Assembly (NCBI GenBank): GCA_964439545.1
Contig: CAYTOO010000001.1
Location: forward strand, 208 to 64,207
From: an uncultured Oscillospiraceae bacterium
Lineage (GTDB): Bacteria; Bacillota; Clostridia; Oscillospirales; Oscillospiraceae
Length of the DNA stretch: 64,000 nucleotides
Reading direction: 5' to 3'
In this document: piece after piece, positions 10,630 to 20,458 of the stretch
How positions within the stretch are numbered: position 1 is the stretch's first letter
Layout: every line of letters begins with the position of its first letter
Translations under genes and position numbers: made by a program
Notes under the pieces: generated by a model
The model's input: the letters and a program-made list of their open reading frames with translations, nothing else
Database searches by the model: none
Told to the model about the DNA's origin: nothing

Positions 10630-10742
10630 CGTAAAGAGTTCCCTTTCTTGTTTCTCTAACTGATGATTTTACCATAAAATGTGTAAGGTTGCAACTGCGA
10701 GGAAAGGCTGCGCGGGTTCTGAATTTCTCAAAAAACCATGGC

Positions 10743-10787
10743 AGCAACAACAGGTTGCTTGTCCATACAGCACTCTTGTACTATAAT
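10743..10787 (+). promoter_or_regulatory. SigA-like promoter with adjacent palindromic operator
   Basis: TTGTCC(10759)-17-TATAAT(10782); AGCAAC-N5-GTTGCT at 10743-10759 abuts the -35. Confidence 0.6.
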
Positions 10788-10807
10788 AGCCATGAGGTGA
10801 TGATTTC

Positions 10808-11572
10808 ATGGATACCAAGGATATTATTCTCCAGCTTAGAACGAAAAAGGGGATGTCACAGGATGACCTTGCCGAAAAGGTATTTGTGACCCGACAAGCC
10901 GTATCCCGTTGGGAAAACGGAGAAACCACGCCAAATATTGAAACGCTGAAGCTCCTCTCCAAGCTGTTTGATGTTTCTATCAATACCCTTCTCGGTTCTC
11001 CGAGAGAGCTTATTTGCCAGTGCTGCGGCATGCCCCTTGAGGACACCAATATCAGCAAGGAAAAAGATGGCTTTTTCAATGAGGAATACTGCAAATGGTG
11101 CTACGCAGATGGCGAATACATGTATCACGACATGGATGATTTGATTGATGTCTGCGTACTTCACATGGCTAGTGAAACCGTGTCTAATGAGCAGGCACGG
11201 ACATACATGAAAAATCTGCTGCCAAAACTGGATTACTGGAAAAATTATAAAAACTTAGCTGGTGCGGAGAAGTTCGCCCAGTTCAAAAAGCAGCTGATAG
11301 ACGAAATCAACGCCCTGCACGTCGAGGGAATGCCCAAGGTGGAAAGTCTCAATGCACTGGTGGGGGCATACATCAATCTCGAATATCACCTTCCCAACGG
11401 AAAGGTCGCAAAATTCTTAGATGACGGCGCAACCTATTTGGGAACGCAGTTGGAATGCGAATTTGGCGGAGATCGATGCTTTGGCGTGGCTGCCAACATG
11501 GAGTTCATCTTAGTCTGCACCTATGCGGAAAACGGCGCAAATCCCGAACTCGTTATCTACAAAAAGAGATAA
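10808..11572 (+). CDS. XRE-family HTH regulator fused to zinc-ribbon domain and C-terminal domain of unknown function
   Basis: LRTKKGMSQDDLAEKVFVTRQAVSRWENG; CQCCGMP...YCKWC. Confidence 0.85.
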   Translation: MDTKDIILQLRTKKGMSQDDLAEKVFVTRQAVSRWENGETTPNIETLKLLSKLFDVSINTLLGSPRELICQCCGMPLEDTNISKEKDGFFNEEYCKWCYADGEYMYHDMDDLIDVCVLHMASETVSNEQARTYMKNLLPKLDYWKNYKNLAGAEKFAQFKKQLIDEINALHVEGMPKVESLNALVGAYINLEYHLPNGKVAKFLDDGATYLGTQLECEFGGDRCFGVAANMEFILVCTYAENGANPELVIYKKR

Positions 11573-11588
11573 ATCGATTTCGCAAATT

Positions 11589-11618
11589 TTGACATTCCCC
11601 TCCCCCTTGCCGTATAAT
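11589..11618 (+). promoter_or_regulatory. SigA-like promoter
   Basis: TTGACA-18-TATAAT upstream of the 11655 CDS. Confidence 0.65.
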
Positions 11619-11654
11619 GGAGTTATACTTCTATTTGCAGCAGGAGGCGTTCCC

Positions 11655-12413
11655 ATGTTCAACACTGTGCAGTTTTATTATTTCAGCCCCACAGGCGGCA
11701 CGAAATCCTGCGGCGAGTCCTTTTGTAAGGCTATCTCCGGCAATGTCAATGCCGTCAATTTAGGCTTGGAGGAGGCAGCCTTCAACAGTGATTGCGACCT
11801 CGCCGTGTTTGCACTGCCCGTCTTTGCTGGGCGCATCCCCGCTGTGGCGGCAGAGAAACTCTCTGCGCTGAATGGCAAGGGCACAAAGGCCGTCACACTG
11901 GTGGTCTATGGTATCCGCGCCTATGAAGATGCGCTGCTGGAACTGAATAATGTTGTAAAGGAATCCAACTTTACCGTTGTTGCCTCTGCGGCATTGGTGG
12001 CGCAACACTCCATCGTCCCCGCCGTGGGACAGGGTCGCCCTGATGAAGAGGATAAGGCATCCATTGCCGCCTTTGCTGAGCAGGTGCTGGCAAAGCTCGC
12101 AAGCGGCAACGAAGAGGTTGTCTCTGTCCCCGGCAACTTCCCCTATCGCGAGGCGGGCAATATGCCCTTTACTCCCGTTTGCCTGCCCGAATGCGGAAAT
12201 TGCGGGCTTTGTGTTTCCGCTTGCCCTACCAAGGCCATGACCACGACCGATGACGGCATCAAGACCGATGTGGATACCTGCATTCTGTGCATGGCTTGTA
12301 CTGCTGCTTGTCCTAAGCATGTCCGCGTGCTGCCCGAGCCTGTGCAGAAGAACATGAACGAGAAGATGGCAGCACTTGTTTCCGTCCATAGAGAGAATGA
12401 ATATTTCCTGTAA
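11655..12413 (+). CDS. Flavodoxin-fold plus 2x[4Fe-4S] ferredoxin protein (EFR1-like)
   Basis: FSPTGGT, VYGIRAYEDALLEL, CGNCGLCVSACP and CILCMACTAACP; start MFNT behind AGGAGG. Confidence 0.85.
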   Translation: MFNTVQFYYFSPTGGTKSCGESFCKAISGNVNAVNLGLEEAAFNSDCDLAVFALPVFAGRIPAVAAEKLSALNGKGTKAVTLVVYGIRAYEDALLELNNVVKESNFTVVASAALVAQHSIVPAVGQGRPDEEDKASIAAFAEQVLAKLASGNEEVVSVPGNFPYREAGNMPFTPVCLPECGNCGLCVSACPTKAMTTTDDGIKTDVDTCILCMACTAACPKHVRVLPEPVQKNMNEKMAALVSVHRENEYFL

Positions 12414-12441
12414 AAGCTCGAATCTCACTCATAGATTATCA

Positions 12442-12485
12442 AGCAAAAGAGATGGACATCCCGTTGGGTGTCCATCTCTTTTGCT
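12442..12485. terminator. Bidirectional intrinsic terminator
   Basis: agcaaaagagatggacatcc-cgtt-gggtgtccatctcttttgct between convergent genes. Confidence 0.85.
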
Positions 12486-12497
12486 ATAGTTTTCTTG

Positions 12498-13601
12498 TTA
12501 AATCTTCACCAGTTCATATTCACGGCTGCCCATACCCAGCTTTTCAGCATGAGCAAGGCAAGCCATCCAGTCGGTATCGGGATGCATACGGTGGAAGTGA
12601 TCGTGATCTTCGTGGTCTCCGTCATCGGCGGCAGTGCCACGAAGGGCCGGTTGAGCGTTCACAGCATCCACACAGGCCATATCCAACGCCACAGGGTCAA
12701 AAGAGGCAAACATACCAATGTTGGGTACGATGGCTGCATCGTTTTCGCTGTGACAATCGCAGTTAGGAGAGACGTCAATGGCCAGAGATATATGGAAACA
12801 GGGGCGACCATCCACCACAGCTTTTGCATACTCTGCCATCTTGATGCTTAGCTTTGTAGCTGTTTCATCCCAGTTGACATCAATGGCGCTGCGGGAGCAA
12901 ATAGCAATGCATCTGCCGCAGCCAAGACATTTTCCGTGGTCGATGGATGCTTTCTTGTCAGTGATAGAGATAGCGCTGTGTGCACAAATCGAGGTACAAA
13001 CACCGCACCCAACACAACGATCCTGCTCCACATGGGGCTTACCGGAATTGTGCTGTTCCATCTTTCCGGCCCGAGAACCACAGCCCATACCGATATTTTT
13101 CAGTGCACCGCCAAAACCGGCCTGCTCGTGCCCCTTAAAGTGGCTCAAAGAAATGAACACATCAGCATCCATTATGGCTCGTCCGATCTTGGCTTCCTTC
13201 ACCAGTTCGCCACCCTCTACGGGAACAGAAACTTCATCGTTTCCCTTGAGGCCATCAGCAATAATGATCTGACAACCGGTGGTCATGGGATGAAACCCGT
13301 TAAGCATCGCGCTGTCCATGTGCTCCAGCGCATTTTTTCGTCCGCCTACATACAGCGTATTACAATCGGTAAGAAAGGGCTTACCGCCACGCTCTTTAAC
13401 AAAGTCCGCCACAGTTTTGGCCCAGTTGGGACGCAGGAAAGCCAAATTGCCCGGCTCACCAAAGTGCAGCTTGATAGCCACAAACTTTTTATCAAAATCG
13501 ACCTCTCCAAAGCCGGCCGTTTTCATCAGACGGCTCAACTTCTGCTGTAAATTCTCACGATAGCTGGTACGGAGGTCGGCAAAATATACCTTCGATGCCA
13601 T
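12498..13601 (-). CDS. DUF362 domain protein with 2x[4Fe-4S] ferredoxin insert
   Basis: VAIKLHFGE, LTDCNTLY, SHFKGHE, GGALKNIGMG, CVGCGVC/CLGCGRC, SPNCDC; start MASKV. Confidence 0.88.
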   Translation of the reverse strand: MASKVYFADLRTSYRENLQQKLSRLMKTAGFGEVDFDKKFVAIKLHFGEPGNLAFLRPNWAKTVADFVKERGGKPFLTDCNTLYVGGRKNALEHMDSAMLNGFHPMTTGCQIIIADGLKGNDEVSVPVEGGELVKEAKIGRAIMDADVFISLSHFKGHEQAGFGGALKNIGMGCGSRAGKMEQHNSGKPHVEQDRCVGCGVCTSICAHSAISITDKKASIDHGKCLGCGRCIAICSRSAIDVNWDETATKLSIKMAEYAKAVVDGRPCFHISLAIDVSPNCDCHSENDAAIVPNIGMFASFDPVALDMACVDAVNAQPALRGTAADDGDHEDHDHFHRMHPDTDWMACLAHAEKLGMGSREYELVKI

Positions 13602-13626
13602 TGTGTTTGTTCCTTTCAATTTCCCG

Positions 13627-15096
13627 TCAATCCTGAATACCCGCAATATTCTTGGCAAGCTTCTTCTTGCCCTGAATATCACCCTGACGGGCGATCATGA
13701 TGCGCTGTGCCTGAGGAGAGCCTGCGCCGTGGAGAGACTCGGTGCGGTAGCCCACAGCGGCAGAACCGAGGCACATATTCTCCAGGAAACGCAGCACGCG
13801 CTGACGATCCTCGGTGCTGACACCCTCGCGGGCGGCGAAATATTTGTTACAAATCTCGCCGATGGTCTCCCCTTCTCTACCCACCACCGTGTCGGACTTG
13901 AAATCCGTCTCGGAGGGCATGGTGACCATCAATCCGCCTGCGATGTCCTCAGCGAGGCGCACGATCTCGTAGGGGAAACGGGTCACGTTCTGCTTGCAGA
14001 CATTAGCCAGCAGCAGATCGATCTGATAGTTGCCCGCCTTCGTGGGGCAGCCCTCGCAGGAACAGGCGATACCGCAGGAATAGAGGGTCTCGTTGAGGTG
14101 AGTCATCTCAATGAGCTTATCCTTCACAGCGCTGGCCTTCTCCACGCCGTTATACTCCGCAGCCAAGGCAGCAGCGCCGATGACCACATCGCCTACGCCC
14201 ACCTTGCAGCCGCCGTAGCTTTGACGGTGATAGCCTGCAAAGCGCTCCACCATCATGCCAGCAAACTCATACTCGCCATTGAGGAAGATGTACTCGTTGG
14301 GGATAAACACGTTATCCAGCACCACCAGTGCCTCCTGTCCGCCGAACTTGGCGTTACCCACATCAATGCAGCCGTCTTCCATCTTACGGGTGTCGCAGGA
14401 CTGGCGGCCGTAGATCATATAGAGGCCATCGGCATCGCTGGGACAGGCAAAGGACACGGCATAGTCCTTATCCGCCTCGCCCATGGCGATGGTGGGCATA
14501 AAGATATGCCAGTGGGAGTTGATAGAGCCCGTCTGATGGCACTTGGCACCACGGACAACGATACCATCCTCGCGGCGCTCCACCACGTGGACGAACATAT
14601 CGGGATCGGCCTGCTGATGGGGTGCTTTGGAGCGATCGCCCTTGGGGTCGGTCATTGCGCCGTCCACCGTCAGATCCTCGTCCTGCACCATAATGAGGAA
14701 CTTCTTAAAGCGCTCGTGGTAATCGGTACCGCACTTCTCGTCAATCTCGAAGGTGGTGGAATAGACAGCATTGAAGGCATCCATACCCACACAGCGCTGG
14801 AAGCAGGAGGCGGTCTTCTGACCCATCAGACGCTGCATCTTCACCTTCTTCACCAGATCGTCTGCAGACTGATGAAGATGACCGAAGCGGTTGATCTTGC
14901 GACCTGTCAGATTAGAGGTGGCGGTCATGAGATCCTCATACTGAGGATCTTGGGCGAGAGCGTAGGTCATGGCGACACAGTTGATGGAAGGACGGATCAT
15001 GGGGTGATCCACCCAGTTCTCGATCTTCTCGCCGAACATATACACGCGGGTATTGAGCTTACGCAGGGAGTCGATATACTCTTTTGCCGTCATCAT
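13627..15096 (-). CDS. abfD: 4-hydroxybutyryl-CoA dehydratase/vinylacetyl-CoA isomerase
   Basis: ASCFQRCVGMD and EMTHLNETLYSC Fe-S ligand motifs, GAMTDPKGDR, RTESLHGAGSPQAQRIMI. Confidence 0.85.
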   Translation of the reverse strand: MMTAKEYIDSLRKLNTRVYMFGEKIENWVDHPMIRPSINCVAMTYALAQDPQYEDLMTATSNLTGRKINRFGHLHQSADDLVKKVKMQRLMGQKTASCFQRCVGMDAFNAVYSTTFEIDEKCGTDYHERFKKFLIMVQDEDLTVDGAMTDPKGDRSKAPHQQADPDMFVHVVERREDGIVVRGAKCHQTGSINSHWHIFMPTIAMGEADKDYAVSFACPSDADGLYMIYGRQSCDTRKMEDGCIDVGNAKFGGQEALVVLDNVFIPNEYIFLNGEYEFAGMMVERFAGYHRQSYGGCKVGVGDVVIGAAALAAEYNGVEKASAVKDKLIEMTHLNETLYSCGIACSCEGCPTKAGNYQIDLLLANVCKQNVTRFPYEIVRLAEDIAGGLMVTMPSETDFKSDTVVGREGETIGEICNKYFAAREGVSTEDRQRVLRFLENMCLGSAAVGYRTESLHGAGSPQAQRIMIARQGDIQGKKKLAKNIAGIQD

Positions 15097-15123
15097 GGAA
15101 TATTCCTCCTTTAAGATGGTTGA

Positions 15124-15810
15124 TTAGGGGATCAGTATCTCAGAGGGATACTGGTGCAGCAACGTACAGTTGCGTAAATCTTTGCCATATTGCGCCACAA
15201 GGCGCTCTGCTTTTCTGCGGACACCACTTTCATCTGCCACATCATCGGGAATATGGTAGATGTAGTTATAAGGGATGTTCTGAGATGCTATCCATGCACG
15301 CATCTCGGGGATATCTAAATAATAAGGATTCCATAGGGCCATGTCAATACTACGCCCCCGCAAAAACTCCTTGTGCAAACACGGGTCGCCGCTGGCGTCT
15401 GCGGTGATGTAAACGGTCTTTCCTCCACAGGAAATCAAAAACACGTAGTGCTTCGTCATTCCTTCAGGCACATTCATGTGGGGCAGATATCCATACTCGA
15501 TCTGAATATCTCCAATGAGGAGATTTCCGCGGTCAGGCGCATCGTAACTGGGGACAAAGGAAGTGCAACGGGGATGTTTACGGAGAAATTCCCGCGCAGC
15601 ACTTGTATCACAATGATCGGGATGGGTATGAGTAAAGACCAAACCGCGCAGGTCGGAAAATTCCTCCTGCGCGTTTTGAAATCTGATAAGACTATCTTCG
15701 TCCATCACACGAAATTTTCTGTGAGGTGCATTCGGCGCATCTACCAGCACCGTACTGCCGCCGTAGGAGATCAACAAGCCGCAGTTGCACATAAGTCGTA
15801 CCTGCATCAT
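15124..15810 (-). CDS. Metallo-beta-lactamase-fold hydrolase
   Basis: VLVDA, THTHPDH (HxHxDH), YITAD; ATGA overlap with lpdA stop. Confidence 0.82.
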   Translation of the reverse strand: MMQVRLMCNCGLLISYGGSTVLVDAPNAPHRKFRVMDEDSLIRFQNAQEEFSDLRGLVFTHTHPDHCDTSAAREFLRKHPRCTSFVPSYDAPDRGNLLIGDIQIEYGYLPHMNVPEGMTKHYVFLISCGGKTVYITADASGDPCLHKEFLRGRSIDMALWNPYYLDIPEMRAWIASQNIPYNYIYHIPDDVADESGVRRKAERLVAQYGKDLRNCTLLHQYPSEILIP

Positions 15811-17153
15811 TTATGAATAGCCATTCCCTCTGCATCCTCACAGCACTCCATCAAGATCTCAGAGAGACTGGGGTGGGCATGAATCAACTGGGAAACTTCC
15901 TCTGTAGTTGCCTCCAACTGCATGGCCATGGCCATCTCGCCGATCAGGGTAGCTGCATCGTGACCAATAATCTGTGCGCCAACGATCTCATCGTAACGGG
16001 GTTCGGCCAATACCTTGGCATAGCCAGTCGTCTCACCCATAGCCATGGCTTTGCCGCAGGCGGCATAGGGGAACGTACCTTTCTTGCCGTTCTTGACATC
16101 AGCCTCGCCGACACCAACGCAGGCAACTTCAGGGAAACTGTAAATCACAGAGGGAACAACACGATAAGACATCTTGCGATTGCCGCCCATGATATTATCT
16201 ACCGCAACCAATGCCTCTGCAGAGGCAACGTGTGCCAGCTGGTGCTTACCGTTGGCATCACCGATGCAGTACACATGGGGGATGTTGGTGCGGAGATACT
16301 CATCGGTGATGATACCGGCGCGGTCACAATCCAGTGTCAGGTTGCCCTCGGGCATCACGGCGCGGCGGCCAATAGCACCCAGTACCAACTCAGCAGTAAA
16401 GGTGTGTTCACCGGCAGTCACGGAGAAGCCGCCCTCAACGGGAGCAATCTCCTCCACACCGCAGGAAGTGTAGACCTTGATGCCATCCTTTTTCATCTCA
16501 CGCATCAGTTCAGCAGTGATATCCGCATCCAGCGTGGGGAGAATACGATCCATCATCTCCACGACAGTGATTTCCGTACCAAAGCGTGCAAAGATACAGG
16601 CCAGTTCAATACCGATCACACCACCACCAATAATCACCATAGACTTGGGCAGCTTGGTGAGGTTCAGCACTTCACGGTTGGTCACTGCGTGCTCAATGCC
16701 TTTGATGGGAGGCATGAAGGCCTGAGAACCGGTAGCAATGATCAAGTCATCACAATTGACGATTTCTTCCTTGCCATCCTCCATCGTCACGCGGATGGTG
16801 TCGGTTGCCTCGATATAGGCATTACCCTTCACCACTTTCACTGCGCCGCGCTTGAGAAGTCCTGCAATACCGGACTTCAGGCGGGCAACTACCTGCGCTT
16901 TGCGCTCCATGATGCGGGAGAAATCCACAGAGTACTCAGGAATAGTCACACCGAACTCTGCGGCGCGCTGCACCGTACCGACCACTTCAGCATTCTTGTT
17001 AAGGATCTTCGTGGGGATACATCCTTCATTGAGGCATACACCGCCCAGTTCGCCTTTTTCAATCAAGGTGACCTGTGCGCCCAAACGGGCTGCACGGATA
17101 GCCGCTACATAGCCACCAGGGCCGGCGCCGATAATAGCGATATGCTTGCTCAT
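15807..17153 (-). CDS. lpdA: Dihydrolipoyl dehydrogenase (E3)
   Basis: GAGPGGY, GGVCLNEGCIPTK, GGGVIG, HAHPSLSE. Confidence 0.93.
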   Translation of the reverse strand: MSKHIAIIGAGPGGYVAAIRAARLGAQVTLIEKGELGGVCLNEGCIPTKILNKNAEVVGTVQRAAEFGVTIPEYSVDFSRIMERKAQVVARLKSGIAGLLKRGAVKVVKGNAYIEATDTIRVTMEDGKEEIVNCDDLIIATGSQAFMPPIKGIEHAVTNREVLNLTKLPKSMVIIGGGVIGIELACIFARFGTEITVVEMMDRILPTLDADITAELMREMKKDGIKVYTSCGVEEIAPVEGGFSVTAGEHTFTAELVLGAIGRRAVMPEGNLTLDCDRAGIITDEYLRTNIPHVYCIGDANGKHQLAHVASAEALVAVDNIMGGNRKMSYRVVPSVIYSFPEVACVGVGEADVKNGKKGTFPYAACGKAMAMGETTGYAKVLAEPRYDEIVGAQIIGHDAATLIGEMAMAMQLEATTEEVSQLIHAHPSLSEILMECCEDAEGMAIHK

Positions 17154-18454
17154 CGGCTGCCTCCTTCATATCCGATAAAGAGGGCGGGCATCTCTGCCAC
17201 ATCCTTGACGGCGTTGAGGAGCTTTGCAGCCTTCTCGCCATCGAGGATACGATGGTCGTAAGTAAAGTTCAGCCACATCATGGGGCGAATCACGATCTCA
17301 TCGTTCACCACCACGGCCTTCTTCTTCACCGCACCGGTGCCGAAGATGCAGCTCTCGGGATAGTTGATGATGGGGGTAAAGACCTCAGCTCTGTAAGCAC
17401 CCATGTTGGAGTAACTGGTGCTGGCGCCACCCATATCATCGGGATGGAGCTTACCCTCGCGGGCAGCTGCCACAAGGCGATTCTTCTCGCGGTTGATTTC
17501 CATGATATTCAGCTTATCGGCGTTGCGGATCACAGGCACCACCAGACCTCTGGGGGTGGCAGCGGCGAGACCGATATTGATGCTGTCGAGGCAACGGAGC
17601 TTGCCGTCCTCGTAATAGACATTGGCGTTGGGATTCTGTGCCATCGCCTGCGCCAGCACCTTGATCATCACGTCGGTCAAGCTGAACTTGGTATTCAGCT
17701 GCTTGGCAAAGCGCTCGTTCAGCAGTGCTACCAAGCGCTGCATGTCGGTCACATCCAGTTCAATGCAGTTGGTGACCATGGGCATAGTCTGCCATGCCTT
17801 TGTCAGCATCTCACCGGCTACCTTCTGTACACGGGTGAGTTCCTGATAGGTAGGTGCACCATTGTTGGCCAGCGCAGCCACATCGCTCTTATAGATGCGA
17901 CCGCCGCCATTGGACACCTGAGTAAGATCGATGCCCTGCTCCTGTGCCATGCGCTGAGCAACAGGCGTTGCCTTGATGGGAGGCACGTCGGTATGGGCAA
18001 GTGCTTCCTTCTTGGTGATGATGCCCTCTTCGTTGGGCTTTACATCCTTCAAAGGTACATTCTTCTCTGCACAGATAGCACGTGCCAGAGGCGTTGCCCG
18101 GACACCATCACCTACGGGAGCAGCGGTGGCAGCAGTCTTCTCCTCCGCAGGAGCAGCAACTTCTTCCTTCGCTGCGGCAGAAGCAGCGGGAGCTGCTGCT
18201 TCAGGAATCGCCTCACCGGGCTGGCCAAGGTATCCGATAGGGGTCAGCACAGGAGAGCTTTCACCCTCCTGAATCAGGATCTTCAAAATCGTACCATCCT
18301 CGAAAGCTTCCACGTCCAGAACGGCTTTGTCCGTCTCTACGGACAACATCACATCGCCCTTTTCGACACGGTCGCCCTCTTTGACAAACCATTTCACGAC
18401 AGTACCGGTTTCCATCGTCATGCCCATCTTGGGCATCAGAATTTCTTTTGCCAT
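17150..18454 (-). CDS. Dihydrolipoamide acyltransferase (E2, AcoC-like)
   Basis: Lipoyl ETDKA, Ala/Pro linker, two subunit-binding repeats (ATPLAR, ATPVAQ), catalytic DHRILDG. Confidence 0.9.
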   Translation of the reverse strand: MAKEILMPKMGMTMETGTVVKWFVKEGDRVEKGDVMLSVETDKAVLDVEAFEDGTILKILIQEGESSPVLTPIGYLGQPGEAIPEAAAPAASAAAKEEVAAPAEEKTAATAAPVGDGVRATPLARAICAEKNVPLKDVKPNEEGIITKKEALAHTDVPPIKATPVAQRMAQEQGIDLTQVSNGGGRIYKSDVAALANNGAPTYQELTRVQKVAGEMLTKAWQTMPMVTNCIELDVTDMQRLVALLNERFAKQLNTKFSLTDVMIKVLAQAMAQNPNANVYYEDGKLRCLDSINIGLAAATPRGLVVPVIRNADKLNIMEINREKNRLVAAAREGKLHPDDMGGASTSYSNMGAYRAEVFTPIINYPESCIFGTGAVKKKAVVVNDEIVIRPMMWLNFTYDHRILDGEKAAKLLNAVKDVAEMPALFIGYEGGSR

Positions 18455-18468
18455 GGTTCTCTCCCTTC

Positions 18469-19449
18469 TTACTTCTTCAGCATCTTGCGGACACGAGCAA
18501 CGATTTTCTCCGTAGAAGGAGTCACCATCTTCTCCAGCACGTGGGAATAGGGCATAGTGACATTCAGACCGCCGATACGCTCAATGGGAGCATCCAGATG
18601 ATAGAATGCTTCGCTGTTGCACACCTGTGCTGCGATCTCAGCGCCGATACCGCCACGTTCAAAGGCCTCATGGACGATGAGCAGATGCTCGGTCTTACTG
18701 ACAGACTTCACCACAGTGTCGATATCAAAGGGCACCAGCGTTCTAGGATCCACCACCTCGACGGAGATGCCGTCCTCTTTCTGCAGGATCTCTGCAGCTT
18801 CCAGTGCCTTATATACCATGTAAGAGGTAGCGACGATGGTCACATCAGTACCTTCGCGCTTAATGTCTGCCTTACCCAGAGGAATGGTATACTCCTCTTC
18901 AGGCACTTCGCCCTTCACGCGATAGCCCAGCTTGTGCTCAACGAACAGCACAGGGTTATTGCTGCGGATAGAGGACTTCAAAAGGCCCTTCAGATCATAG
19001 GGAGTAGAGGGCATGACCACCACCAGACCGGGGATATGGGCAAACCAAGCCTCCAAACTCTGGGTGTGGTGACCGCCTGCACCGGCGTCACCGGCGGGAG
19101 TGCGCACCACCATGGGCACGCTGCACTGGTCGGTATACATGCCCACAGCCTTTGCTGCCTGGTTGGCGAGGCCGTCAGCACCGTACATCAGGAAGTCCAT
19201 GAACATGATCTCCACGATAGGACGCATGCCCAGCATTGCAGAGCCAACACCTGCATTCATAATCGCCATCTCGGACATGGGGGTATTGCGAATGCGCTCC
19301 TTGCCAAATTCCTCAAACAAGTCGCCGCTGACACCGAAACAACCACCGTATTCCGTGATGTCTTCACCCATCATATATACTTTTTCATCGCGGCGCATTT
19401 CCTCGCGGATAGCCTCGCGGATGGCTTCTCTACCGGTAATCTCTCTCAT
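18469..19449 (-). CDS. TPP-dependent dehydrogenase E1 beta subunit (AcoB-like)
   Basis: GEDI..YGG.FGV, NTPMSE, RPIVEIMFMDF, GHHTQSLEAW, VDPRTLVPFD. Confidence 0.9.
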   Translation of the reverse strand: MREITGREAIREAIREEMRRDEKVYMMGEDITEYGGCFGVSGDLFEEFGKERIRNTPMSEMAIMNAGVGSAMLGMRPIVEIMFMDFLMYGADGLANQAAKAVGMYTDQCSVPMVVRTPAGDAGAGGHHTQSLEAWFAHIPGLVVVMPSTPYDLKGLLKSSIRSNNPVLFVEHKLGYRVKGEVPEEEYTIPLGKADIKREGTDVTIVATSYMVYKALEAAEILQKEDGISVEVVDPRTLVPFDIDTVVKSVSKTEHLLIVHEAFERGGIGAEIAAQVCNSEAFYHLDAPIERIGGLNVTMPYSHVLEKMVTPSTEKIVARVRKMLKK

Positions 19450-19452
19450 GTC

Positions 19453-20427
19453 TTACACCTCTTCGAAATACACATAGTCCATCACCGTATCTTCGCTGGG
19501 GAAGGCACAATTCTCGGCATATTCCACAGCGTCAGCAACCTTTTTGTAGGCAGCATCCACGATTTCTTTCTTCGTCTCTTCGGTCAAAGTGCCATCTGCC
19601 ATCAGTTTCTCTTCCACGCGCTTGATGGGGCACTTCTCCTTCCACTCGGCAACCTCTTCCTTACTGCGATACTTCTGCATATCGCTCTTGGAATGACCCT
19701 TCCAGCGATAGGTCTCAGCCACGATCAGAGTGGGACCACCGCCACTTCTGGCACGCTCCAGTGCCTCGCAGGTGGCATCATAGACAGCCTGCACATCGTT
19801 GCCGTCAATGCGGCAGCCGGGCATACCGAATGCCGTGGCACGCAGGGACAGATCATCGATAGCAAACGCCTCACTGACATGGGTGGACATGGCGTACTGG
19901 TTATTCTCGCACAGATACACCACAGGCAGCTTCCACACAGCGGCAAGGTTAAATGCCTCCATGGTAGCGCCCTCATTCATAGCGCCATCACCCAAGGTGC
20001 AGAGAATCACATCCTTGCTCTTCTGCATTTGGAGGGAAAGAGCCATACCTGCTGCCAAGGAAGAGCAAGCGCCGATAATACCGTTGGCGCCCATGTTGCG
20101 GTGTTCCAGATCCATCATATGGGAGGACCCGCCGCGGCCCTTGCACAGGCCAGCCTCGCGACCATGAAGCTCAGCCATCATGGCGTTGATGTTCTTTCCG
20201 CCACTCTTCAAGAGGGTGAAACCGTGATCACGATGGGTCACAGAGAGGTAATCGTCCTTTTTCAGTGCATAGTTGGCAGCAGCCATAATAGCTTCCTGAC
20301 CAATGCCCAAATGGGTCGTACCGGTGATCTTTGCAAAGGAGATCAGTTCATCTACCTTCTCCTCAAATGCGCGGACAAGAACCATATCACCGTACAATTT
20401 CAGCAATTCTTTATTCGTCAGTGTCAC
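19453..20427 (-). CDS. TPP-dependent dehydrogenase E1 alpha subunit (AcoA-like)
   Basis: THLGIGQEA, THRDHG, GRGGSSH, GDGA...ENN TPP motif, TYRWKGHS. Confidence 0.9.
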   Translation of the reverse strand: MTLTNKELLKLYGDMVLVRAFEEKVDELISFAKITGTTHLGIGQEAIMAAANYALKKDDYLSVTHRDHGFTLLKSGGKNINAMMAELHGREAGLCKGRGGSSHMMDLEHRNMGANGIIGACSSLAAGMALSLQMQKSKDVILCTLGDGAMNEGATMEAFNLAAVWKLPVVYLCENNQYAMSTHVSEAFAIDDLSLRATAFGMPGCRIDGNDVQAVYDATCEALERARSGGGPTLIVAETYRWKGHSKSDMQKYRSKEEVAEWKEKCPIKRVEEKLMADGTLTEETKKEIVDAAYKKVADAVEYAENCAFPSEDTVMDYVYFEEV

Positions 20428-20458
20428 GATAATCTTCTCCTTACTTTTTCTGTATCAA

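Noticed and set aside
15807..20427. Ordinary pyruvate dehydrogenase complex
   Set aside because: It is embedded in a DeoR-regulated sugar/GRE operon with AcoA/B-like and variant motifs; substrate left unassigned.
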